NCBI GenBank assembly: GCA_964456135.1
Contig: CAYVZD010000002.1
Span: 16,125 to 80,124 of the forward strand
Source of the DNA: an uncultured Bifidobacterium sp.
Lineage (GTDB): Bacteria; Actinomycetota; Actinomycetes; S36-B12; UBA5976
Direction of reading: 5' to 3'
Length of the DNA: 64,000 bases
Below are positions 48,654-56,670 of this stretch, piece after piece; within the stretch, counting starts at the first letter, position 1; each line of letters opens with the position of its first letter. The translations under genes were made by a program, and so were the position numbers. The notes beneath the pieces were generated by a model. That model did not search any database. It was given only the letters and a program-made list of their open reading frames with translations, and was not told the origin of the DNA.

Positions 48654-49094
48654 TTAGAAAATTAAGTCGTAGCGCCGAAAGACTTCGTCTAGTTTCCAGC
48701 CTCGGCTTTCGTACAATTTTTGTGCTGTCTCATTAGTGTGCGCAGTGCGCAACCAAATTCTGGATGCCCCAGCAGCTTTAGCTGCTTCTTCTGCAGCCTG
48801 CATTAATTTATTTGCAATTCCAGCGCCCCGATGTGCTGGGTCAACAAAAAGATCATTCAACAACCAAACGGTTGAAACTGAGACAGTTGAAAATGATGGA
48901 TAACACTGGGTGAAGCCAATAAGTTGGCCATCATTTTGCGCAACAAAAATTATCGATTCATTCTGCGTTAGGCGTTCTCGCAAAAAAGCCCTTGTCTGGA
49001 CATTTGGCTTTTGCTGATAAAACTCACGATATTGTTCAACTAATCCAGTTAGCTGATCTAAATCAGACTCAACTGCTTTTCGAATTTCAACCAT
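48654..49094 (-). CDS. GNAT-family N-acetyltransferase
   Basis: 146 aa with acetyl-CoA binding motif HRGAGIANKLM. Confidence 0.8.
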   Translation of the reverse strand: MVEIRKAVESDLDQLTGLVEQYREFYQQKPNVQTRAFLRERLTQNESIIFVAQNDGQLIGFTQCYPSFSTVSVSTVWLLNDLFVDPAHRGAGIANKLMQAAEEAAKAAGASRIWLRTAHTNETAQKLYESRGWKLDEVFRRYDLIF

Positions 49095-49103
49095 ATCTAG
49101 ATT

Positions 49104-50108
49104 TTATTGCTTGTCTCTGAATAGCCGAGTACCGATAACCAGTAAGACGACACCTAGCAACATGCTGCCTAATGCGCCACCAAGTCCTTCAACATATCGA
49201 ACTAAAAGTTCAACGCCACCGATTAATAAGCCACCGATGCCGCCAAACAGCCACGGCCACAAGCGGCTATTTAAATACAGGGCAAGATAAACAAAACCGC
49301 CAACTATGGTGATGGCTGGTACCGACCAGATCGGTAATAAATCACGAAATGAGGTCAGCGCAAAGAAAAGCGTAAGAATTGAGGCAAAGGCAGTGACATT
49401 TACTTCTTGGAAAACTTTTTTCTCTGCTGCATAAATCCAGTAACTACCAAGAACTACCAATGCAAGCGATCCAAAACTTGGAAAATCATCATCACCATAG
49501 ATTGAGTTCCAAATTAATGCGCCAATAGCAAATACAAATACATCAGCAGCAAGTATTTGGGCAAAAACTCCGATGGCAGACTTTGCCCGTAAGTAACCAA
49601 AATATGCAACTAACCCTCCACCAAGTGCGCAAAGTAAGGCAATTGTCATGTAAACCCATGGTTTTGGATTTATAAAGTAAATGTCGTTTGGATCACGGCG
49701 CGGAATCCATAGTTCGTTTGTAATCAGGCCAATTGTGAAGGCTGTTAATCCCGCCGAACCCACAAATAAAGTGGAACTTAACCGACGTACCTGTTCTAGA
49801 TGAGTATCTCGACTTACTAAGTAAGCAGCTGCGAATAGGAGTGCTGCGCCAAGTCCGATCACACCAGGTCTTCCCCAAGTACCAAGTTGTGCCCAAGTCT
49901 CATTAAGAATCAATCCAGCAGAAACAACGATTACTGCGCCACCGATGTAAGTTATTGCCTCAGAAAAAAGCGACCTACGTGTTCGGTCTGATTTTTCTTC
50001 TGGTACACCGATTAATGCAATCTGTGCAGCCAAGGCTTGCTCACTGCTTAATACGCCCTGGTCAACTAACTTTTGTAATTCTGGTTTGACTGAATTTTGA
50101 TTACTCAT
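49104..50108 (-). CDS. polytopic membrane protein, unknown function
   Basis: 334 aa with a soluble N-terminal ~50 aa followed by ~9 TM helices. It lies upstream of, and is probably co-transcribed with, the GNAT gene. Confidence 0.55.
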   Translation of the reverse strand: MSNQNSVKPELQKLVDQGVLSSEQALAAQIALIGVPEEKSDRTRRSLFSEAITYIGGAVIVVSAGLILNETWAQLGTWGRPGVIGLGAALLFAAAYLVSRDTHLEQVRRLSSTLFVGSAGLTAFTIGLITNELWIPRRDPNDIYFINPKPWVYMTIALLCALGGGLVAYFGYLRAKSAIGVFAQILAADVFVFAIGALIWNSIYGDDDFPSFGSLALVVLGSYWIYAAEKKVFQEVNVTAFASILTLFFALTSFRDLLPIWSVPAITIVGGFVYLALYLNSRLWPWLFGGIGGLLIGGVELLVRYVEGLGGALGSMLLGVVLLVIGTRLFRDKQ

Positions 50109-50147
50109 ATTCCAACCATAGTTCGCAGTTATCGCGATATGTCCTAG

Positions 50148-51413
50148 TTGGCAAAGAAAACGCGAGCGACAAAGTATCCTTTAACAATGCGCCAGTATTT
50201 AGATTTACTTAAAATCGCCGGCGTAAAACGACTTATTTTGAGTTCATTACCGGGTCGCTTAGCGTACGCCATGGTTCAACTTGCAACTTTTTTCTATGTA
50301 AAAGAAGTCACGGATTCAATTGCGCTTGCTGGACTTGCAACGGGGCTCGAAGGAATAACTTCAGCAGCTACCGCTGGTTTGCGCGGAACAGTTATTGATC
50401 GATTTGGTCAGTTTCGACCATTTTTATTTTTTGTCCCATTTTGGACGCTTTTACTTTTCGCTATGACACTGAGCACAAATACTGCCTGGATACTGACTGC
50501 TTCAGCGTTAGTTGGTTTTTTCTCACCACCGATTAATCTGGCTGCTAGGCCGCTTTGGCGTGATGCGGTCGGGCCAAGCCGTTTACGCACCGCTTACGCC
50601 ATCGATACCACGATGATGAATGCCACAACCGTCGTTGGACCAGTGGTTACTACCTATTTAGCGTTGCAATTTAGTGGCGAAACTGCGCTTTGGATGACTT
50701 CTATTCTCATGGCTATCGGCGGTGTTGCCATGATGACTATGCCACTTTCTCGAAATTGGAAGCCTGAGTCTGCTAAACCGAGCGCACGAGGTTTGTTTAA
50801 GCATCGGGCATTTCGAATCATTGTTTTTGAAGGAATGATTTTTGGCTTTGGCTGGGGTTTGATGGAAATTTCTATTCCGGCATACTCTTCGTTAATCGAG
50901 CGACCAGAATTATCTGCTCCATTATTAGCAACTTTGGCCATCACAAGTATCGTTGGGGGTTTGATTATTGGTGGGCGAAAATCGTCAATCACACCACTTA
51001 ATGGCTTTAAAGTTGCTGGTTTAGCAGTGGCAATTTGTGCGGCTCCTCTTGCATTTACATCGCCTGGTTTCAGTATGGGTTTTGTACTTGCTGCACTGGG
51101 ACTAGCACTAGGTTTTGCTCAGGTTTATCACTGGGAAACACTCGAAGCGATAAGGCCGGTAGGTACTGCAACATCTGCTCAAGCTTGGCTTTGGACATTA
51201 GAGGGCTCAATGTTGGCGATTGGCGCAGCAATTGGCGGCTTCTTGGTTGAAAAAGTTAACCCGCAAGTTGCACTTGGGTTGATTTCTTTGTGCTTACTTG
51301 GCGCAACCTCATACATTTGGCTCTATGGCAGCAAACACCTACAGGAAGCCAATAAGCCACTTTCTGAAGTCAAAAAGGTGCAGGCACTTGCCGACTTAGA
51401 AGAGCCAACTTAG
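50148..51413 (+). CDS. MFS transporter
   Basis: 421 aa with ~12 TM helices. The TTG start is from the ORF track, and an ATG at 50187 is an alternative. Confidence 0.75.
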   Translation: MAKKTRATKYPLTMRQYLDLLKIAGVKRLILSSLPGRLAYAMVQLATFFYVKEVTDSIALAGLATGLEGITSAATAGLRGTVIDRFGQFRPFLFFVPFWTLLLFAMTLSTNTAWILTASALVGFFSPPINLAARPLWRDAVGPSRLRTAYAIDTTMMNATTVVGPVVTTYLALQFSGETALWMTSILMAIGGVAMMTMPLSRNWKPESAKPSARGLFKHRAFRIIVFEGMIFGFGWGLMEISIPAYSSLIERPELSAPLLATLAITSIVGGLIIGGRKSSITPLNGFKVAGLAVAICAAPLAFTSPGFSMGFVLAALGLALGFAQVYHWETLEAIRPVGTATSAQAWLWTLEGSMLAIGAAIGGFLVEKVNPQVALGLISLCLLGATSYIWLYGSKHLQEANKPLSEVKKVQALADLEEPT

Positions 51414-51528
51414 CCAACCTTGCTCTTTTTTTTAACAAAAATGCGTGCTTAATTGGAAAGTTATAGATTTTAGAGTAATAATGAATTCAATCTGATCATC
51501 TTGATCTATCCCTTAAGAAAAGGAAAAA

Positions 51529-51786
51529 ATGGCTAAATCGGCGACTAGAGGCAAGTCAAAAACTGGCCTCGATTGGTTGCGCGATCGGATGGATACCTTA
51601 GGTTACAACTCGCTTGAATCTGTAGCTCAAGAAATTGGAATCAACCGTGGAAACTTGTACCGATACTTCTCGTTGGAGACAAGGCCAAGCGTTGCGTTAC
51701 TTCCAGACCTTTGTCGCGCATTGAAATCTTCCCCTGCGGAAATCCTTAAAGCTCTCGAAATTTTAAGGGCGGATGATCGCTTGTGA
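51529..51786 (+). CDS. small helix-turn-helix (XRE-like) DNA-binding protein
   Basis: 85 aa with an HTH-like segment SLESVAQEIGINRGNLYRYFS. A purine-rich RBS (AAAGGAAAAAATG) precedes the start. Confidence 0.55.
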   Translation: MAKSATRGKSKTGLDWLRDRMDTLGYNSLESVAQEIGINRGNLYRYFSLETRPSVALLPDLCRALKSSPAEILKALEILRADDRL

Positions 51787-52044
51787 TCCATAGTTGACGC
51801 ATGGGTCAGTCATGGCAACCATAGCCTGCCCATTCGCGTCACGAACATAAACTCGATGGGGCGCTTCATCATTTTCATACAAAGTGGTGAGCGCCCATTC
51901 GACTGCCTGATGCAAATCTGGTCGACATTTACTGATCGCATCGGCCAATCTATGTTCAGGATTTATTGAAACTCGAACGCGAGGTCCGTCCAACCGTTCA
52001 ACAACTGGATCGCTAACTTGCTCGCTGAGCACTAGTTCGATCAT
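51763..52044 (-). CDS. hypothetical protein
   Basis: 93 aa from the ATG at 52044; the ORF track starts one codon earlier at a TTG (52047). No family was recognised. Its 3' end overlaps the HTH gene by 24 nt. Confidence 0.4.
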   Translation of the reverse strand: MIELVLSEQVSDPVVERLDGPRVRVSINPEHRLADAISKCRPDLHQAVEWALTTLYENDEAPHRVYVRDANGQAMVAMTDPCVNYGSQAIIRP

Positions 52045-52259
52045 CAATTTCCCATTCTTGGTATCAAGCGATTTTGTTCAGAAATTATGTTGTGATTAAA
52101 CATCATACTGAAGGCCCTTATCCAATCCGTGGATCTGCGCTGATGTGAATTTGAATGCACATTTGATCCATAAGGGTCACTAAATCGCTCTGGACTGACA
52201 AATATTTACTTGATTTTGAAGGCTTAAATAACAGTTATGTAGTTCGTTAGAGTTGGGGT

Positions 52260-53564
52260 GTGGAAAATCCTAAAGATCAGCCAACTGCAATCGGATTTTT
52301 AGGCAGTTCCAATGACAAGCACCATCCAATTCGTACCCAAATCTCAGGTGCAGGATATTTCAGCCGAATCGGTCCAGGAATAGTTACCGGAGCAGCTGAT
52401 GATGATCCATCGGGTATCGGAACTTATTCGCAAATTGGAGCCGTCCAAGGTTACCGGGCGCTTTGGGTTGCCCCGGTATTACTGCCATTTGCTTTTGCTG
52501 TTCAAGAAACCTGCGCTCGTATTGCCCTAGTGACAGGAGAAGGCTTAGCGCGAGTAATTAAACGTAAATTCCCTGCCCCAATTCTTTTTCTGATGATTTC
52601 ATTGGTGGCAATTGCTAATACGGTAAATATCGCAGCGGACTTAAGTTCAATGGCTGCCGTGATTCGGATGTTCATACCGTTAAGTCAATTCGTTGTGGTC
52701 GTATTAATTACTGCTGTTGTCTTAATTGCCGAAATATTGATTCCATATCACCGTTATGCTCGAGTGCTTCGTTGGCTTTGTTTGTCATTGCTTAGTTACG
52801 TAGCAGTTCTATTTGTCGCGGACATCGATTGGTCCGCGGTGCGAACTGGACTTACAAATATCTCGATAACCTGGTCAAAAAGTGACATTGCAGCATTAAT
52901 TGCCATTGCTGGAACAACAATTTCCCCGTACTTATTCTTTTGGCAAGCTGCCGAAGAAATGGAAGAAAGTTCCCATTCCCCTGATATTTCAGTGACACAC
53001 ATTAACGCCATGCGAGGTGATGTATTTGCTGGCATGTTATCGGGTGTATTTGTGATGTTTGCAATTATGGCAACAACTGCAGCCACACTTTTTGGCAATG
53101 GAATAACTTCAATAACTTCACCTGAGCAGGCAGCTGCTGCATTAAAACCAATTGCTGGCGACTTTGCTAGTGGCTTATTTGCCTTAGGAATTTTAGGAAC
53201 AGGATTACTGGCAGTTCCGGTATTAGCAGGCTCAACTGCGTATGCAGTTAGCGAAGCATTTGGCTGGAAAGAAAGTTTGGAACGAAAGCCAAGTGAGGCA
53301 AAACAGTTCTACACAGTCCTTGCGACATCAATGCTGATTGCACTGTTACTTAATTTACTTGGCATTAATCCGATGCAGTCGCTGATTCTGGCCGCAATTA
53401 TTAACGGTGTAACTGCTCCGCTGCTTATGCTGACGATTTGGAAAATTTCGCGCGACAAATCCTTGCTTGGCCAATGGAAATCACCATTGTGGTCATCCAC
53501 ATTGGTAGGCATAGCAACGATTGCAATGTTTGCCTTACCTATTTGCTGGTTATTTGCTAACTAG
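52260..53564 (+). CDS. NRAMP-family metal ion transporter with a non-canonical binding site
   Basis: 434 aa with ~11 TM helices. The TM1 motif is DDDPSGIGTYS where canonical MntH has DPGN. The TM6 motif is GTTISPYLFF where canonical MntH has GAxxMPH. The start is GTG. Confidence 0.8.
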   Translation: MENPKDQPTAIGFLGSSNDKHHPIRTQISGAGYFSRIGPGIVTGAADDDPSGIGTYSQIGAVQGYRALWVAPVLLPFAFAVQETCARIALVTGEGLARVIKRKFPAPILFLMISLVAIANTVNIAADLSSMAAVIRMFIPLSQFVVVVLITAVVLIAEILIPYHRYARVLRWLCLSLLSYVAVLFVADIDWSAVRTGLTNISITWSKSDIAALIAIAGTTISPYLFFWQAAEEMEESSHSPDISVTHINAMRGDVFAGMLSGVFVMFAIMATTAATLFGNGITSITSPEQAAAALKPIAGDFASGLFALGILGTGLLAVPVLAGSTAYAVSEAFGWKESLERKPSEAKQFYTVLATSMLIALLLNLLGINPMQSLILAAIINGVTAPLLMLTIWKISRDKSLLGQWKSPLWSSTLVGIATIAMFALPICWLFAN

Positions 53565-54128
53565 CTTCCAGGCGCTTGGTAAAAGTAATCCAGCAGCTAC
53601 TGCTTTAATTACGTCACCAATAATGAATGGTGTGACGCCATGGGTTAATGCCCAGGCGAAGCCATTTCCAGTGAATTGGGCTAACCAGATAAATCCGAAT
53701 AAATAAATCACTGCCGAACCTGCAACATAAGCAAATACGGTTGATTTGATTTGCGTAGTGGCTCCGCGAGAAGCAATCGAACCGACCACAAGAGAAGCAA
53801 AAATGAATCCTAATAAATAGCCACCGGTAGCACCGAGTGCCTTATCGATACCCCCAGCTCCACCAGCAAGTACTGGGGCACCGGCAGCAGCAAGAACGAA
53901 GTAAAGAGTCTGAGCCAAAACAGATCGAGTCGCTCCCAAGGACGCTGCACCAACTAGCACGGCGAAAGTTTGCAACGTTAATGGAACTGGAGTGAATGGA
54001 AGGGGTATCGCAACTTGTGCACTAGCTGCGGTAGCTCCAGTAAGTCCAACTACCAACAAAATGCTTTTCGCAAGTGACCTGTTAACCCACCGATCAACAA
54101 GTACGGCGCTTGCAGATACTGAACTCAT
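53550..54128 (-). CDS. bioY: biotin transporter S-component BioY
   Basis: 192 aa with 6 TM helices and BioY pattern PVPLTLQTFAVLL-like (PVPLTLQTFAVLVGA), GGYLLGF and PFIIGDVIK. Confidence 0.85.
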   Translation of the reverse strand: MSSVSASAVLVDRWVNRSLAKSILLVVGLTGATAASAQVAIPLPFTPVPLTLQTFAVLVGAASLGATRSVLAQTLYFVLAAAGAPVLAGGAGGIDKALGATGGYLLGFIFASLVVGSIASRGATTQIKSTVFAYVAGSAVIYLFGFIWLAQFTGNGFAWALTHGVTPFIIGDVIKAVAAGLLLPSAWKLVSK

Positions 54129-54263
54129 TTGGCTGCTCCTACGTTCATGACCTTGTAATCAATAACTTATCCAAAGCCTACTAAGCAAAGTTAGTTTCTA
54201 GTGGGTAGGTCGCCTTCAATATTTGTTTGTACACAGTAATAGCCTTGACCCCAGGAGGATTCC

Positions 54264-55208
54264 ATGCGACACATTACAAGTGAAGAAATAGATAACTGCC
54301 TTGACTTTCCAAACTTGGTAAAAAGTCTGGAAAACGCATTCAAGTCAAATTGGACCACTCCAGTTCGGGCACATCACACAGTTACCGGAATTGGTCAAGA
54401 CAAAGTGATGTTGTTGATGCCTTCATGGACAGATAACCAAGAGCCACCATTTATGGGGGTAAAGATTGCAACTGTCGTTCCAGAAAATGGAACTAGGAAT
54501 TTACCAAGTATTTTTGGCGTCTACTACCTAATGAATGGGCACACAGGCGAACCATTAGTAACTATGGATGGAGCCAGACTTACCGTCTGGCGCACAGCAG
54601 CTGCATCGGCATTGGCAAGCAGCTACCTTTCTCGAAAAAATAGCAAGGTCTTAACCATGATTGGTTCGGGTGCATTGAGTCCATTCATGATCAAAGCGCA
54701 CATGGCAGTACGCCCAATCGAGGAAGTTTTTTTGTGGAACCACAACATTCGCAATGCTCATGCATTGGCTGAAAAACTTCGTGCTGAAGGAATCCCGGTT
54801 ACATCGCACCCAGATTTAGTTTCGGCGGTTGAAAAAAGTGACATTGTTAGCGCTGCAACTTTAACTAAGACGCCACTAGTGCATGGAAAATGGATTAAGC
54901 CCGGTACCCACGTTGATACTGTTGGCGCATTCACTCCTTTGATGCGTGAAACCGATGATGAGTTAGTTTCTAAGGCAACTATTTTTTGTGACACATTTGA
55001 CGGCGCACTAAAAGAGGCTGGTGATTTAGTTATGCCAATTTCTGCTGGGGTAATTTCGCGCAATGATGTTGTCGCTGACTTATTTGCATTGGCCAGGAAG
55101 TCACACCCCGGCAGAACTTCAGATTCAGAAATTACTTACTTCAAATCAGTTGGCACGGCACTTGAAGACTTAGCAGGTGCAATCACAGTTTGGAATTTAA
55201 GTAATTAA
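54264..55208 (+). CDS. ornithine cyclodeaminase / mu-crystallin family protein
   Basis: 314 aa with LTVWRTAAASALAS and Rossmann motif MIGSGALS, typical of the OCD family. The RBS is AGGAGG. Confidence 0.8.
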   Translation: MRHITSEEIDNCLDFPNLVKSLENAFKSNWTTPVRAHHTVTGIGQDKVMLLMPSWTDNQEPPFMGVKIATVVPENGTRNLPSIFGVYYLMNGHTGEPLVTMDGARLTVWRTAAASALASSYLSRKNSKVLTMIGSGALSPFMIKAHMAVRPIEEVFLWNHNIRNAHALAEKLRAEGIPVTSHPDLVSAVEKSDIVSAATLTKTPLVHGKWIKPGTHVDTVGAFTPLMRETDDELVSKATIFCDTFDGALKEAGDLVMPISAGVISRNDVVADLFALARKSHPGRTSDSEITYFKSVGTALEDLAGAITVWNLSN

Positions 55209-55209
55209 A

Positions 55210-56670
55210 GTGACTCAGGATCAAACTCCGTACGCTGATGCGATTAAGTCATACGCTAAACGCCGGTATGCGAAATTTGCCACTCCTGGCTTTCAATTAG
55301 ATTCGAATTGGCAAAGTAGCGCACAACCAGAATTGATAGATTTTTTTGGCGCAGACTTATTGGCCATGGATGTTCAGCCGCTTATTGATGGTATTGATTA
55401 CGGCACCTATCCAACTCCACTAGATCAATCACTAGAACTGGCTGCACAAGCTTGGGGCGCAAAGCGAACTTGGTTTTTAGCAAACGGTGCTTCGATGGGA
55501 AACCTCACGGCATGTTTAGCAATCAGTAATTTTGGTCAAAACATTGTGGTGCAAAGGTCTATGCACTCTTCGGTTATCGACGGTCTGGCGCTATCTGGAC
55601 TGGTGGCCGATTTTGTCTTCCCTTCGGTCGACGCTGAACTAGGGATTGCAAATGGAGTAAGTGCAATTGATTTGGAACGCGCGCTTAGTGAGTGTCCAAA
55701 TCCTGTTGCCGCTTACATTGTGACGCCCAGTTACTTTGGCGCGGTTTCAGATGTTGCCCAGTTAGCAAAAGTTGCCCACAGCTTTAATGTGCCGCTAATC
55801 GTTGATGAGGCTTGGGGTGCACATTTTGGCTTTCATCCAAGATTGCCAACTAATGCAATCCGTCTTGGCGCTGATTTAGTCGTCAGCAGCACACATAAAT
55901 TAGCCGGCTCGATTTCACAAACCGCCATGCTGCATTTGGGGCATGGTGAACATGCAGCAAAGCTTGAACCTTTTGTTGAACGGGCATTTCGATCTATGCA
56001 ATCCACAAGCGTGAACTCGTTATTTCTAGCTGCCCTAGACATTGCCCGAAAGCAGTTGGCAGTGAACGGCCTGCAGACAATTGGTAATTCGATCGAACTT
56101 GCAAACAAAATTCGAACTGGAATTAAATCTGGCGGACGTTTTGTCGATGCCGCTGACCAAATTTCAACACACCCAGATGTTCTAACAACTGATCCTCTGC
56201 GAATCACAATCAATACCAAAATTGGAAATATTTCGGGCTATTCCGCAAGATCTATTTTGTTCAATGAACACAATGTACATTGTGAGATGGCGACTGACCA
56301 TACTTTAGTTGCCTTAATTGGTGCCGGCGCGACACCAGAAGTTGAAAAGTTTTTAACCGCCTTGCACAAACTGCCACAAACGCAGTTAGCGACACAAGAT
56401 AATGTTTCTTTACCTAAGCCTGGCCAGCGCAAACTTTCAGTTCGACAGGCTTATTTTGGCCAAACTGAACTGGTTCCAGCAAGTAGCGCTGTTGGAAGAA
56501 TCTCGGCTGACAGTGCAGCTGCCTACCCACCAGGTATTCCAAATCTGCTTCCTGGTGAAATTATTACCCAAGAGAACATTGACTTCTTGCAAGCAACAGT
56601 CAAGGCACCGTTTGGGCATGTACGCGGTGGTGCCAGCAAAGATATGACTATTTTTCGCGTCGTTCGCTAA
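55210..56670 (+). CDS. PLP-dependent Orn/Lys/Arg decarboxylase family protein (short SpeA/YaaO-like type)
   Basis: 486 aa with the PLP-lysine context VVSSTHKLAGS and IVDEAWGAHFGF. The GTG start lies 1 nt after the OCD-family stop. Confidence 0.8.
   Translation: MTQDQTPYADAIKSYAKRRYAKFATPGFQLDSNWQSSAQPELIDFFGADLLAMDVQPLIDGIDYGTYPTPLDQSLELAAQAWGAKRTWFLANGASMGNLTACLAISNFGQNIVVQRSMHSSVIDGLALSGLVADFVFPSVDAELGIANGVSAIDLERALSECPNPVAAYIVTPSYFGAVSDVAQLAKVAHSFNVPLIVDEAWGAHFGFHPRLPTNAIRLGADLVVSSTHKLAGSISQTAMLHLGHGEHAAKLEPFVERAFRSMQSTSVNSLFLAALDIARKQLAVNGLQTIGNSIELANKIRTGIKSGGRFVDAADQISTHPDVLTTDPLRITINTKIGNISGYSARSILFNEHNVHCEMATDHTLVALIGAGATPEVEKFLTALHKLPQTQLATQDNVSLPKPGQRKLSVRQAYFGQTELVPASSAVGRISADSAAAYPPGIPNLLPGEIITQENIDFLQATVKAPFGHVRGGASKDMTIFRVVR

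Noticed and set aside
51414-52259. Flanking att-like or terminal inverted repeats that would mark the HTH/unknown pair as a mobile cassette
   Set aside because: The best match between the two AT-rich flanks is a ~7-nt TAAGGG-containing similarity, which is indistinguishable from chance. No integrase, transposase or tRNA lies nearby.
54129-54263. Biotin-regulator operator (BioQ TGAAC-N3-GTTCA or BirA site) in the bioY / OCD divergent spacer
   Set aside because: Only a single TGAAC half-site is present (the complement of GTTCA near 54143), with no palindromic partner.
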